Assembly: GCA_038207335.1 (NCBI GenBank)
Contig: JBBQZX010000001.1
Span: 96,001-160,000, forward strand
DNA length: 64,000 nucleotides
Direction: 5' to 3'
Source of the DNA: Chthoniobacterales bacterium
GTDB lineage: Bacteria > Verrucomicrobiota > Verrucomicrobiia > Chthoniobacterales > Chthoniobacteraceae
Shown here: positions 1 through 10,137 of the stretch, piece by piece
How the letters are laid out: each line of letters opens with the position of its first letter
Position numbering within the stretch: position 1 is the first letter of the stretch
Made by a program: the position numbers and the translations under genes
Notes under the pieces: generated by a model
What the model was told of the DNA's origin: nothing
The model's input: the letters and a program-made list of their open reading frames with translations, nothing else
The model's database searches: none

Positions 1-1
1 C

Positions 2-523
2 GCCTTCCACGTCGATTATTGGGACAACCTCGGCTGGCCCGACCGCTTCGCTGCAAAAGCGTTCACCACCCGCCAGCGCGCGTTGGCCGCGACGTGGCAC
101 ACCGGCACCATTTACACGCCGGGCTTCGTGCTCGACGGCGCGGAATGGAGCGGCCGCTCACTCGATCGAATCCCCGTGGCGAGCGGCGACGCGGGCATCC
201 TCACCGCGACTGTCGTCGATCCGCAAAACGTCACTGCCACGTTCCATCCCTCGAGCCGAGCAACGGCGTTCGAGGCCAATATCGCGATCCTCGGCTTCGA
301 TCTCTCGGTGCATGTGAAGGCCGGTGAAAATAGCGGGCGCGAGCTGCTTCATGATTTCGTCGTCCTCTCCCACGAGGTGAAATCCATGCGAGCCGACGGT
401 GACACATTTCGCGTGGATGCAAAAATCCCGCCGCACAAAATCCCGATGAAAACCGCCGTCGCCGTCTGGATCACCGAGCCCGGAAATCTGACGCCGATCC
501 AAGCCGTCGGCGGCGAATATTAA
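2..523 (+). CDS. DUF1223-family thioredoxin-like protein, 5'-partial
   Basis: Frame from nt 2 reads AFHVDYWDNLGWPDRF...RQ...IYTPGFVLDG, the characteristic DUF1223 motif. It is open from the window edge to TAA at 523. Confidence 0.85.
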   Translation, partial: AFHVDYWDNLGWPDRFAAKAFTTRQRALAATWHTGTIYTPGFVLDGAEWSGRSLDRIPVASGDAGILTATVVDPQNVTATFHPSSRATAFEANIAILGFDLSVHVKAGENSGRELLHDFVVLSHEVKSMRADGDTFRVDAKIPPHKIPMKTAVAVWITEPGNLTPIQAVGGEY

Positions 524-525
524 GT

Positions 526-550
526 TGTAGCCGGGATTGCCGGTCCCGGC
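526..550 (+). repeat. REP-like element (GTAG plus short palindrome)
   Basis: tGTAGCCGGGAttgccggTCCCGGC directly after the stop codon; GCCGGGA/TCCCGGC stem. Confidence 0.4.
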
Positions 551-658
551 GGCGTACGTGACAGCCAGCGTCACAAGGCCCGCGAGATCTCGCCTTCGTC
601 TGCCACGTCGCTTCTAGCGAATCGCTGAGGCTGGGGTAATCTCTGCCGCTTCCCCGCG

Positions 659-3600
659 ATGCAAAATCTCCTCTCCGCCTTCACGTTTCTCTTCGCGGCT
701 CACCTCGCTTTCGCTGCCGAGCCGGCGGTGAAATTCAACCGCGATGTCCGCCCGATCCTTTCGGACAAATGCTACCACTGCCACGGCCCCGACGCCGCCG
801 AGCGGAAGGCAAAACTCCGCTTCGACATCCGCGAAGAAGCGCTGCGTGACCGCGATGGAATCCGCGCGATCGTCCCCGGCGACGTGGACGCGAGCGACGC
901 GATCGAGCGCATATTTTCGAGCGATAAAAAAGAGCAAATGCCGCCGCCGAAGGCGCATCTCGATCTCACCGAATCGGAGAAAAACACGCTGCGAAAATGG
1001 GTCGCGCAGGGTGCCGAGTATGCGCCGCATTGGGCGTTCGTTCCTTTGCCAGACAGCATTCCAGCGCCATCGGTGAAAAATGAGGTGTGGGCGAAAAACG
1101 AGATCGACCGCTTCATCCTCGCGCGTCTCGAAGCCGAAAATCTCGCGCCTTCACCCGAGGCCACGCGCGAGCGCTGGCTGCGGCGCGCGACCTTCGACCT
1201 CACGGGACTGCCGCCCACGCAGCCCGAGATTGACGCCTTTCTCGCCGATCAAAACGACGGCGCATATGAGCGCGTCGCCGACCGCCTGCTCGCCTCCCCG
1301 CGCTTCGGCGAACGCATGGCCGTGCCCTGGCTCGATGTCGCGCGTTACGCCGATTCATTTGGATACCAGGCCGACATCGACACGCACGCTTGGCCGTATC
1401 GCGACTGGGTCATCCGCGCGCTCAACGACAATCTGCCGTGGGACGAATTCATCACCTGGCAGCTCGCCGGCGACTTGCTGCCGGGTGCCACGCGCGAGCA
1501 AAAACTCGCGACTGCATTCAACCGCATCCATCGCAAAACGAACGAAGGCGGAAGCGTCGCGGAGGAGTTCCGGCAGGATGGAGTCAACGACCGCGTGCAG
1601 ACCGTAGGCACCGCGTTTCTCGGTCTCACGCTCGAATGCGCGCGCTGCCACGACCACAAATTCGACCCGATCAAGCAGCGTGATTTCTACGCCCTCGGCG
1701 CGTTCTTCAACAGTATCGACGAGCACGGCCTCCTCCACGCTCTCGCCAACATCCAGCCGCAACCCGCGCTGCTGCTTCCGACACCTGAGCAGGAGCAAAA
1801 ACTCGCGCACCAAAAAGCCGCAATCGCTGCAGCGGAGGCTGAACTCGAAAAAACCAACGCCGCCCGTGAACCCGCATTCCAACAGTGGCTCGCGGCGCAT
1901 CCCGCTCAGCCCGCCACGCTCCCAGATCGCGCCGCGAGCTTTGATTTCGACTCCGAGAAAAGTGGCGTACTGGCCAACGCCGCGCATCCCGACCAACCCG
2001 CCACCCTTGGCGCCAACACCCTCGTTCCCGGCCACGCCGGCAGCGCGATTCGCTTCACCGGCGACGACGAACTGAAACTCCCCGCAGTCCCGCTCGCGCA
2101 CATGCACGCGCCCGCGACTTTCGCCTTTTGGCTTCAACCCGGCGCCGACTATCCGCGCGCCGTCGTGCTCCACAACTCGAACAGCCCGGATATCAATTAC
2201 AACGGCTTCGACCTCCGGCTCGAACACGGGCACCTGCAGTGGATGGTCGTCCGCGAGTGGCCCGGCAACGCCATCGCGATCCGCACAAAAGCCACGGTTC
2301 CCGTCGGTGCGTGGACCCACGTCGCTGCGACCTACGACGGCTCAGCACGCGCCGCCGGATTGCAACTCTGGATCAATGGCGCGCCCGCCGAGACAGAAGT
2401 GCTCCGCGACAAACTCACCCGCGACACTGTCGCCACAAACGACCTCCGCTTAGGCGCGCGTACCCGCGACCTCGGCCTCCGTGCGGGCGCGATCGACGAC
2501 CTGCAAATCTTCACCCGCGCCCTCACCCCGCTCGAGATCGCGCAACTCCACGACGGGCAAATCCCAGCGCTCGAAAACAGCGGCCCGGTCCGCGACTTTT
2601 ACTTCTCCGCGATCGACCCCGAGACCCGCGCCGCCGTCGCCAAAATTGCCGCCGCGCGTGACACTTGGCGCGGCATTTTGGCGGGAGTCAGCGAGCTGCC
2701 CGTCATGGCCGAGGAGCCCCAGCCGCGCCCCACCTTCATCCTCGCTCGCGGAGCCTACGACGCCCCTGCTGCGCCGGTCGAACGCACGACTCCGGACGCG
2801 CTTCCGCCTTTCCCACCCAACGCGCCGTGCAACCGGCTCGGACTCGCGCAATGGCTCACCGATCCGCACCACCCGCTCACCGCCCGGGTACTCGCGAACC
2901 GGCTTTGGCAGGAGTTCTTCGGACGCGGCATCGTCGTCACGGCGGAAAATTTCGGACTTCAAGGCGCGCAGCCGTCGCACCCGGAATTGCTCGACTGGCT
3001 CGCGCGCGACTTCATCGCGCACGGCTGGGATCACAAACGCGCGTGCCGCCAGATCGTCCTCAGCGCCACTTACCGCCAGACCTCCACCGCCTCGCGCGAC
3101 CTTCGCGAGCGCGACCCCGACAACATCCTCCTCGCCCGCGGCCCCGCCCGCCGCCTCCCCGCCGAGATGCTCCGTGACGACGCCCTCGCCCTCGGCGGCA
3201 TCCTCGAGCCCGGCCTTGGCGGCCCGCCCGTCAGGCCCTACGCCCCCGACGGCTCCATGGGCAAATCCCTCAACAACTTCCTACCCGAATACCGCGCCGA
3301 CACCGGTGCCGCGCTCCACCGCCGGTCCCTTTACACCTTCTGGCGCCGCACCACGCCGCCACCAAACATGATGGTCTTCGACACCGCCACGCGCGACGTG
3401 TGCACCGCCCGCCGCCAGCCCACGAACACCCCGCTCCAGCCGCTCGTCCTCTTGAACGACCCGCAATTCGTCGAAGCCGCGCGCGCCCTCGGCGAGCGGA
3501 TGCTCCGAGACGGCGGCGGCACCCCGGAGCAGCGTGTCGCCTGGCTTTTCCGCGAAGTCACCAGCCGTCCCCCAACCGCGCGAGAGCTCCCCGATCTCGT

Positions 3601-3775
3601 CGCTTTGTATGAAAGTCAGCGAGCCACCTTCACCGACGACCCCACCCGTGCCACCGCCTTCCTCAAAATCGGCGAGCACCCCGCGGACCCAGCCTTTCCC
3701 CCCATCGAACTCGCCGCCGCCGTCACCACCGCGACCGCCATCTTTAATCTCGACGCCAGCGTCATGCTTCGCTGA
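659..3775 (+). CDS. Planctomycete-type cytochrome c / DUF1549 / DUF1553 (PSD1) protein with LamG insert
   Basis: Signal peptide; FNRDVRPILSDKCYHCHGPD; CARCHDHKFDPI; central LamG-like WTHVAATYDG...IDDLQIF; C-terminal HPELLDWLA, RRSLY, TNTPLQPLVLLND. Confidence 0.9.
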   Translation: MQNLLSAFTFLFAAHLAFAAEPAVKFNRDVRPILSDKCYHCHGPDAAERKAKLRFDIREEALRDRDGIRAIVPGDVDASDAIERIFSSDKKEQMPPPKAHLDLTESEKNTLRKWVAQGAEYAPHWAFVPLPDSIPAPSVKNEVWAKNEIDRFILARLEAENLAPSPEATRERWLRRATFDLTGLPPTQPEIDAFLADQNDGAYERVADRLLASPRFGERMAVPWLDVARYADSFGYQADIDTHAWPYRDWVIRALNDNLPWDEFITWQLAGDLLPGATREQKLATAFNRIHRKTNEGGSVAEEFRQDGVNDRVQTVGTAFLGLTLECARCHDHKFDPIKQRDFYALGAFFNSIDEHGLLHALANIQPQPALLLPTPEQEQKLAHQKAAIAAAEAELEKTNAAREPAFQQWLAAHPAQPATLPDRAASFDFDSEKSGVLANAAHPDQPATLGANTLVPGHAGSAIRFTGDDELKLPAVPLAHMHAPATFAFWLQPGADYPRAVVLHNSNSPDINYNGFDLRLEHGHLQWMVVREWPGNAIAIRTKATVPVGAWTHVAATYDGSARAAGLQLWINGAPAETEVLRDKLTRDTVATNDLRLGARTRDLGLRAGAIDDLQIFTRALTPLEIAQLHDGQIPALENSGPVRDFYFSAIDPETRAAVAKIAAARDTWRGILAGVSELPVMAEEPQPRPTFILARGAYDAPAAPVERTTPDALPPFPPNAPCNRLGLAQWLTDPHHPLTARVLANRLWQEFFGRGIVVTAENFGLQGAQPSHPELLDWLARDFIAHGWDHKRACRQIVLSATYRQTSTASRDLRERDPDNILLARGPARRLPAEMLRDDALALGGILEPGLGGPPVRPYAPDGSMGKSLNNFLPEYRADTGAALHRRSLYTFWRRTTPPPNMMVFDTATRDVCTARRQPTNTPLQPLVLLNDPQFVEAARALGERMLRDGGGTPEQRVAWLFREVTSRPPTARELPDLVALYESQRATFTDDPTRATAFLKIGEHPADPAFPPIELAAAVTTATAIFNLDASVMLR

Positions 3776-3793
3776 GCGCCCGAACCTCGCCCC

Positions 3794-5260
3794 ATGACAC
3801 CCTTCCAAATCACCCGCCGCCACTTCTTCTCCCGGCTCGGTACCGGCCTTGGCGCAGCGGCCCTCGCCTCCATGCTCCCGCGCATCGGCGTCGCCGACGA
3901 GACCACCGGCGCACTCCCCGGCTTCCCGAATTTCGCCCCAAAAGCCAAGCGGGTGATCTATCTCTTCATGTCCGGCGGGCCGGCGCAGCAGGATCTTTTC
4001 GACTACAAACCGAGACTCCGCGAACTGAACGGGCAGCCGCTTCCGCCGGAGGTGCGCGGTCAGCAACGGCTCACTGGCATGAGCGGGAATCAAGCAATCC
4101 TGCCGCTTGCGGGGTCGCACTTCGATTTTGCGCAGCACGGCCAGAGCGGTGCGTGGGTCAGCTCTCTCATGCCGCACACAGCGGGCGTCGCGGATGATTT
4201 GTGCTTCATCAAATCGATGTGGACCGAGGCGATCAACCACGACCCGGCGATCACATTTTTTCAAACCGGATCGCAAATCGCCGGGCGTCCGAGCCTCGGC
4301 GCTTGGGTGAGCTACGGCCTCGGCTCGATGAACAAAAACCTTCCAGAGTTCGTCGTCCTCGTCACGAAAAAGGGCACCGACCAACCGCTCTATGCACGCC
4401 TTTGGGGAAATGGTTTTCTGGATTCGCGATACCAGGGGGTGCGCTTTTCCTCGGGAAAAGACGCGGTCTTTTACCTCACGAATCCCGACGGCGTCTGCCA
4501 GAGCGGTCGGCGAGCGATGCTCGATAAAATGGCCGCGCTCAACCGCCAGCAATTCGAGGCTGAACTCGACCCGGAGATCGAGTCCCGCATCGCGCAATAC
4601 GAAATGGCTTATCGGATGCAGACCAGTGTCCCGGAGGTCACCGATATCGCCGGCGAGCCGCAGAGCGTGCTCGACCTCTACGGGCCTGAAGCCGCGACGC
4701 CCGGCACGTTCGCGGCTAACTGTCTGCTCGCACGACGGCTCGCCGAGAAAGGCGTGCGCTTCATCCAGCTCTACAATCCAGGGTGGGATCACCACGGCGC
4801 GCTGCCGCAGAATATCCCAAAACTCGCGAAGGAAGTGGACCAAGGCTGCGCTGCGCTCATCACCGATCTGAAACAGCGCGGAATGCTCGACGACACGCTG
4901 GTCGTCTGGGGCGGCGAATTCGGTCGCACCAGCTATTCCCAAGGCAAACTCACAAAGGACACCTACGGCCGCGATCACCATCCGAGGTGCTTCACCGCAT
5001 GGATGGCGGGTGCCGGGATCAAGCGCGGAATCACCTACGGAGCGACCGACGACTACGGCTACAACATCGTCGATGCTGCGGGGAGAAAGCTCGAGCCGAG
5101 CAAAGAAAAATTTACGCCTGGAGCAGTCCACGTCCACGACCTCCACGCCACGATCCTCCAGCAGCTTGGCATCGACCACACGCGCCTCACCCATCTACTA
5201 CAGGGTAGGCGTTTTCGCCTCACCGACGTCCACGGTCACGTCATCGAGGAACTGATTTAG
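3794..5260 (+). CDS. DUF1501 protein (Tat-exported, sulfatase-like fold)
   Basis: TRRHFF twin-arginine leader; [30 protein letters not shown] motifs; typical partner downstream of a DUF1553 gene. Confidence 0.9.
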   Translation: MTPFQITRRHFFSRLGTGLGAAALASMLPRIGVADETTGALPGFPNFAPKAKRVIYLFMSGGPAQQDLFDYKPRLRELNGQPLPPEVRGQQRLTGMSGNQAILPLAGSHFDFAQHGQSGAWVSSLMPHTAGVADDLCFIKSMWTEAINHDPAITFFQTGSQIAGRPSLGAWVSYGLGSMNKNLPEFVVLVTKKGTDQPLYARLWGNGFLDSRYQGVRFSSGKDAVFYLTNPDGVCQSGRRAMLDKMAALNRQQFEAELDPEIESRIAQYEMAYRMQTSVPEVTDIAGEPQSVLDLYGPEAATPGTFAANCLLARRLAEKGVRFIQLYNPGWDHHGALPQNIPKLAKEVDQGCAALITDLKQRGMLDDTLVVWGGEFGRTSYSQGKLTKDTYGRDHHPRCFTAWMAGAGIKRGITYGATDDYGYNIVDAAGRKLEPSKEKFTPGAVHVHDLHATILQQLGIDHTRLTHLLQGRRFRLTDVHGHVIEELI

Positions 5261-5348
5261 CGGCTCGTTGAAATGCGCGTAGCAGTGCGATTTACAACCC
5301 GCAAAATAGCCCGCTAAAATGTCCCGATTCCGGTCCCCATCCTCTCCC

Positions 5349-8255
5349 ATGAATCGTCCTACCGCTCTTCTCCTCGCAACTACGCTGATCTTCACCGCCG
5401 CCGCTGACCCGCGCAACGACCCCGGTCGCCCCGTCGCCAAGACCGATGCGCTCTCACCGGCGGCGACTGCGGCGCAATTCAAAGTGCCCGAGGGTTTTCA
5501 CGTTGAGGTCGTCGCCGGCGAGCCGGCCATCGTGCAGCCGATCGCCTACACCATCGACGATCGCGGGCGGCTTTGGGTCGTGGAAAACACCAATTACCCG
5601 GACTGCCCCGGCGCGGCGAAGGACAAGATCGTGGTCTTTGAGAGCACGAAGGGGGACGGCAAATACGACAAGCGCACGGTGTTTTGGGACAAGGCGACTT
5701 TCACCAGCGGCATCGCGGTCGGCTTCGGTGGAGTCTGGCTCGGGTCGCCGCCAAATCTGATTTTCATCCCCGTGAAAGACGGCGAGCTGAAGCCCGCGGG
5801 CGAGCCGCAATTCGTGCTCGATGGCTGGGGAAATGAGGACACTCACGAGACGCTGAACGACTTCGCGTGGGGGCCGGACGGCTGGCTTTACGGGACGCAG
5901 GGGATTTTCACCGAGTCGCACGTCGGCACGCCCGGCACGCCGGACAAAGAGCGCGTGGCGATCAGCGGCGGCGTGTGGCGCTACCATCCGACGCGCAAAG
6001 TTTTCGAGCGGTGGGTCGAGGGCGTGAGCAATCAGTGGGGGCTCGACTGGAACGACCACGGCGAGGCGTTCTTCGCGGCGTGCGTGGTGCCTCACATGTG
6101 GCAGGCGATCGGCGGCGGGCACTACCTCCGGCAGGCGGGCGCGGACCTGAACCCGCACAACTACGAACTCATCCAGACGATCGCGTGGGGGCGCTACGAA
6201 AAGGCGGCCTACTGCGGGGCGATGATCTACCTCGGCGGCGCATTCCCGGGCGAGTGGCGCGATAAATTTTTCTTCCACGACATCCACATGAACAAGACGC
6301 GCTGCGAGCAGTTCGTGCGCGTCGGCTCGGGATTTCGCAGCGAGAAAGTCGCGGACTTTCTTGTGAGCCCGGACGCGTGGTTCCGCGGGCTCTCGCCGCA
6401 GTACGGGCCGGATGGCAGCGTGTTCTTCAACGACTGGTACGACCGCGTGCCGTGCCACCAGCAGCGCGCCTTTACGGATCGGTCGAATGGGCGCGTGTAT
6501 CGGCTCACGCACGACGCGGTGAAGCCGGTAGCCGTCGATCTCACGAAGGCCAGCAGCGAGGCGCTCGTCACGCTCCAGCTCGATAAAAATGACTGGCTCG
6601 TGCGGCACGCGCGTCGGCTGCTGCAGGAGCGCGGACCCAAGCCCGAGACCACGCGGATGCTCGAGGACATTCTGAATCACAACACCGACGACACGCGCCA
6701 ACTCCGCGCGCTGTGGACGCTCCACAGCCAGCGCGCGCTCACCGAATCGACCGCACTCGGCGCGCTCGCGGATCGCTCCGAGCACGTCCGCGGTTGGACG
6801 GCGACGGTCGTCTGCGAGGAGGGAAAGCCGTCGGCGGCTCTGCTGAAAAAGCTCATCGACATGGCGAAAAGCGACCCCTCTCCGCTCGTGCGACTGCGGC
6901 TCGCCTCCGCGGCCCAGCGCATCCCGGTCGCAGACCGCTGGCCGATGTTAGAGGAGCTCGTCGCGCATGAGGAGGACGCGAAAGACATGAATCTGCCGCT
7001 GATGAATTGGTACGCCGCCGAGCCCGCCGTCGCCGCCGACCCAATCCACGGCATCGCGCTTTTCTCCGATGCGAATATCCCGAAGCTCCACGAATTCATC
7101 GCGCGCCGCATCACCGCGCTCTCGATCGAAGACGCCGCAAAAGCCAGCGCCGCGATGGACGCACTCTCGAAAACGCTCGCCACCGCCGACTCCCCCGTCC
7201 GCCGCGACGCACTCCGCGGAATGCTCGCCGCCCTAAAAGGCCGCAAAAATCTCGCCACCCCCGCCGCTTGGGATGCCGCCTACGCCGCGCTGCAAAAGGA
7301 CAGCGACATCCAAGTCCGCGACGACGCGCGCAAGCTGGCGCTCATCTTCGGCAGCCGTGCCGCGCTCGATGACCTCCGCGCTATGCTCACCGACAAAAAC
7401 TCGACGCCTGAAAACCGTCGCGCCGCCATCGAGGCCCTCGCCGTCCAGCGCGACGCGGCCTCTCTTGATCTTCTTATCGCGCTCCTTGCCACGGCATCGC
7501 CCCTGCGCGCCGACGCCCTGCGCGCCCTCGCCGCATTCGACGACGCGCGTATCGCACCCGCCATCGTCGCGCGCTTCGCCGAGCTCGATCCCGCGGAGAA
7601 AAGCGCTGCCTTGAACACCCTCACCGCCCGTCCCGCCAGCGCGCGCGCCCTCCTCGCCGCGATCGACGCCGGCACGATCCCCAAAGCCGCGATCACCGCT
7701 CCGCTCGCCCGCGTCGTGCAGGGCTTCAAGGACGCGCAGTTCAACGCGTGGCTGGAGAAAAACTGGGGCTCCCTGAAATCCACTAGCGCTGAGAAGCAGG
7801 CCGAAATCGCGCGTTACAAAAAGTTCCTCTCCCCTGACGCCATTCTCCTCGCCGACGTCAATCACGGCCGCGAAATCTTCCGCCGCACCTGCGCCGTCTG
7901 CCACACGCTCTTCGGAACCGGTGGGAAAATCGGCCCCGAGCTCCCCGGCTCCTTCGCCGACATGGATTACCTCCTGACCAACATCCTCGATCCTAACGCC
8001 GTGATCGGAAAAGACTACCAGATGGTTTTCGTGACCACGAAAAGCGGAGAACTCCAAGCCGGAATCCCCGCCGGAGAAGACGCCAACTCCCTCACGCTAA
8101 AAACCCTCGCCGCCCCCGTCACCATCCCGTTGAGCGAGATCAAATCCCGCGAAGTGAGTCCCAACTCCATGATGCCCGAAGGCCTCCTCAGCGGCCTCCA
8201 AGAGCCCGAAATCCGCGACCTTTTCCTCTACCTCCGCCAGTCAAAGGAACCGTAG
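5349..8255 (+). CDS. PVC-type membrane-bound dehydrogenase / heme-binding CxxCH protein
   Basis: N-terminal beta-propeller (FKVPEGFHVEVVAGEP, WGPDGWLY), HEAT-like repeats, C-terminal GREIFRRTCAVCH and SMMPEGL. Start chosen at ATG 5349 (signal peptide MNRPTALLL). Confidence 0.88.
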   Translation: MNRPTALLLATTLIFTAAADPRNDPGRPVAKTDALSPAATAAQFKVPEGFHVEVVAGEPAIVQPIAYTIDDRGRLWVVENTNYPDCPGAAKDKIVVFESTKGDGKYDKRTVFWDKATFTSGIAVGFGGVWLGSPPNLIFIPVKDGELKPAGEPQFVLDGWGNEDTHETLNDFAWGPDGWLYGTQGIFTESHVGTPGTPDKERVAISGGVWRYHPTRKVFERWVEGVSNQWGLDWNDHGEAFFAACVVPHMWQAIGGGHYLRQAGADLNPHNYELIQTIAWGRYEKAAYCGAMIYLGGAFPGEWRDKFFFHDIHMNKTRCEQFVRVGSGFRSEKVADFLVSPDAWFRGLSPQYGPDGSVFFNDWYDRVPCHQQRAFTDRSNGRVYRLTHDAVKPVAVDLTKASSEALVTLQLDKNDWLVRHARRLLQERGPKPETTRMLEDILNHNTDDTRQLRALWTLHSQRALTESTALGALADRSEHVRGWTATVVCEEGKPSAALLKKLIDMAKSDPSPLVRLRLASAAQRIPVADRWPMLEELVAHEEDAKDMNLPLMNWYAAEPAVAADPIHGIALFSDANIPKLHEFIARRITALSIEDAAKASAAMDALSKTLATADSPVRRDALRGMLAALKGRKNLATPAAWDAAYAALQKDSDIQVRDDARKLALIFGSRAALDDLRAMLTDKNSTPENRRAAIEALAVQRDAASLDLLIALLATASPLRADALRALAAFDDARIAPAIVARFAELDPAEKSAALNTLTARPASARALLAAIDAGTIPKAAITAPLARVVQGFKDAQFNAWLEKNWGSLKSTSAEKQAEIARYKKFLSPDAILLADVNHGREIFRRTCAVCHTLFGTGGKIGPELPGSFADMDYLLTNILDPNAVIGKDYQMVFVTTKSGELQAGIPAGEDANSLTLKTLAAPVTIPLSEIKSREVSPNSMMPEGLLSGLQEPEIRDLFLYLRQSKEP

Positions 8256-8263
8256 CCGGCTGC

Positions 8264-9241
8264 CTACAGTCCCGCGAGCGTCACCTCGCCCGCCGAGAGC
8301 CGACGCAGCTCGCCACTTCCTTCGCGCAGCAGCAACTGCCCCTCAGCGTCCAGCCCCTCCGCTCGTCCCTCGCGCACCGCATCGCCGTCGCCGACGCGCA
8401 CCCAGCGACCGATCAGCGCGCTCCGCCGCTGCGCCTCCGCGAGCGTCGCGGGAAAGGTCACATCCATTTCCTGGAGCCCCCCGTCGAGTGCGCGCAGCAG
8501 AGCAGCCGCCAGCGCCGGTCGATCCACACGCGCAATTGCGGCCATGCGCAGCGAGCCGGCTTTTTCCCGGAGTTCCGGTGGAAAATCATCCGCCTCGTGA
8601 TTCACGTTCACGCCGACTCCGAGCACCGCGAATGGCCCCCGCACAGCATCCGCACCCGTCTCGACCAGAATCCCCGCCACCTTTTTTCCCGCCGCGTAGA
8701 GGTCATTCGGCCATTTGATCTCCACTCTCACGCCCGCGTGCGACTCCATCGCAGCCGCCAGCGCCACCGCCGCGCACGTCGTCATTCGCGGCCACTTTTC
8801 CGCCGGTAAATCCGGTCTGAGCAGCACCGAAAACCACACCCCGAGATGTGAGCGTGACTCCCACTTTCGCCCGAAGCGCCCGCGCCCCGCGCTCTGCCGC
8901 TCCGCGAAAATCACGATCCCCGCCTCCGCCCCGCGCGCGCCAAATCCCATCGCCACCTCATTCGTCGAGCCTGTCTCCTCGAATACCAAAATCTCTCTCG
9001 CGAGCGCGCACTCGCCCAGCCGCGCGTGCAAGTCACCCGCCATCAGCCGGTCCGGCGACGCCACCAACCGAAGCCCGAGCCCCGGCCGCTCCTCGATCTC
9101 AAAACCCGCCTCGCGCAACTCTCCCACGCACTTTTCCACTCCCTCCAAATCCACCTGGCACATTCCCGCCAATTCCCCGCACGAGACATGCACCGCCGCG
9201 CCGCGCAGCGCCTGCAGCACCGCCACATCGAGCGCGTTCAC
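8264..9241 (-). CDS. birA: Bifunctional biotin--[acetyl-CoA-carboxylase] ligase with N-terminal HTH
   Basis: GSTN, AERQSAGRGRFGRKW, KWPNDL, KVAGIL, GVGVNVN; N-terminal winged-helix-like segment. Confidence 0.95.
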   Translation of the reverse strand: MNALDVAVLQALRGAAVHVSCGELAGMCQVDLEGVEKCVGELREAGFEIEERPGLGLRLVASPDRLMAGDLHARLGECALAREILVFEETGSTNEVAMGFGARGAEAGIVIFAERQSAGRGRFGRKWESRSHLGVWFSVLLRPDLPAEKWPRMTTCAAVALAAAMESHAGVRVEIKWPNDLYAAGKKVAGILVETGADAVRGPFAVLGVGVNVNHEADDFPPELREKAGSLRMAAIARVDRPALAAALLRALDGGLQEMDVTFPATLAEAQRRSALIGRWVRVGDGDAVREGRAEGLDAEGQLLLREGSGELRRLSAGEVTLAGL

Positions 9242-10095
9242 GCGGGCAGAAGCTCGAGCGAGAGATCGATCGACGGCGCCGAGTGCGTCAGCGCGCCCAC
9301 CGAAATGAAATCCACACCCGTCGCCGCAATCGCCCCGACGGTTTCCAGCGTCACCCCGCCGCTCGCCTCCAGCTCCATGCGACCCGCGGCAGCACTCACC
9401 GCCTCCCGCATCGCACCGGTCGTCATATTATCCAGCAAAATCACATCCACCCCGCGCAGTTCCACGAATTCCCGCACCTGCGCCAGCGTCTCCGCCTCGA
9501 GCTCCACTCGCACTCCCGGATGCGCCTCGCGAAACCGCTCGATCGCCGCCTGCAGCGCCCCGGGCCCCTGTCCCGCGAGCAGGTGATTATCCTTCACCAT
9601 CACCATGTCGTAGAGCCCAAACCGGTGATTCATCCCGCCTCCGGCCACCACCGCCGCCTTCTCCAGTGCGCGCAGCCCCGGCGTCGTCTTCCGCGTGTCT
9701 AAAATCCGCGCCTTGTGCTTTCCCGCCGCGTCCACAAAGCGCCGCGTCAGCGTCGCCACTCCCGAGAGATGCTGCAAAAAATTCAGCGCCACCCTTTCCG
9801 CAGTCAGGATCGAGCGCACCCGCCCGCTGATCTCCAGCACTGTGTTCCCTTTTAAAATGCGCGTCCCCGACCCATTTACCACGTTCACCACCAGCCCCGG
9901 ATCCACCCGTTTGAACACCTCCGCAGCCGTTTCCACCCCTGCCGCGGTCGCCGGTTGTTTCGTGAAAATCCGCGCTTTTCGCGCCTCCTCGCCGACAAAA
10001 AAGAGCGACGTCAAATCTCCGCCGCCGATGTCCTCCGCCAGCGCCACAGCGATCGGATCCGGCATCTTCGTCGAGGTCAAATTCACATCATCCAT
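9238..10095 (-). CDS. nadC: Nicotinate-nucleotide diphosphorylase (quinolinate phosphoribosyltransferase)
   Basis: ALAED, ERVALNFLQHLSGVAT, DTRKTTPGLR, NHRFGL, KDNH, LLDNM, EASGG, ISVGALTHSAP. Confidence 0.97.
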   Translation of the reverse strand: MDDVNLTSTKMPDPIAVALAEDIGGGDLTSLFFVGEEARKARIFTKQPATAAGVETAAEVFKRVDPGLVVNVVNGSGTRILKGNTVLEISGRVRSILTAERVALNFLQHLSGVATLTRRFVDAAGKHKARILDTRKTTPGLRALEKAAVVAGGGMNHRFGLYDMVMVKDNHLLAGQGPGALQAAIERFREAHPGVRVELEAETLAQVREFVELRGVDVILLDNMTTGAMREAVSAAAGRMELEASGGVTLETVGAIAATGVDFISVGALTHSAPSIDLSLELLPA

Positions 10096-10137
10096 TGGAA
10101 AATCCCCGTCTCTCGACTCACAACATTTAGTCCCAGC

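Noticed and set aside
3281..5194. Long antisense or alternative-frame ORFs (also 24636-27074, 26720-28786, 34772-36493, 46052-47704, 57930-59492)
   Set aside because: Shadow ORFs of high-GC genes with clear family motifs in another frame; they have no motifs of their own.
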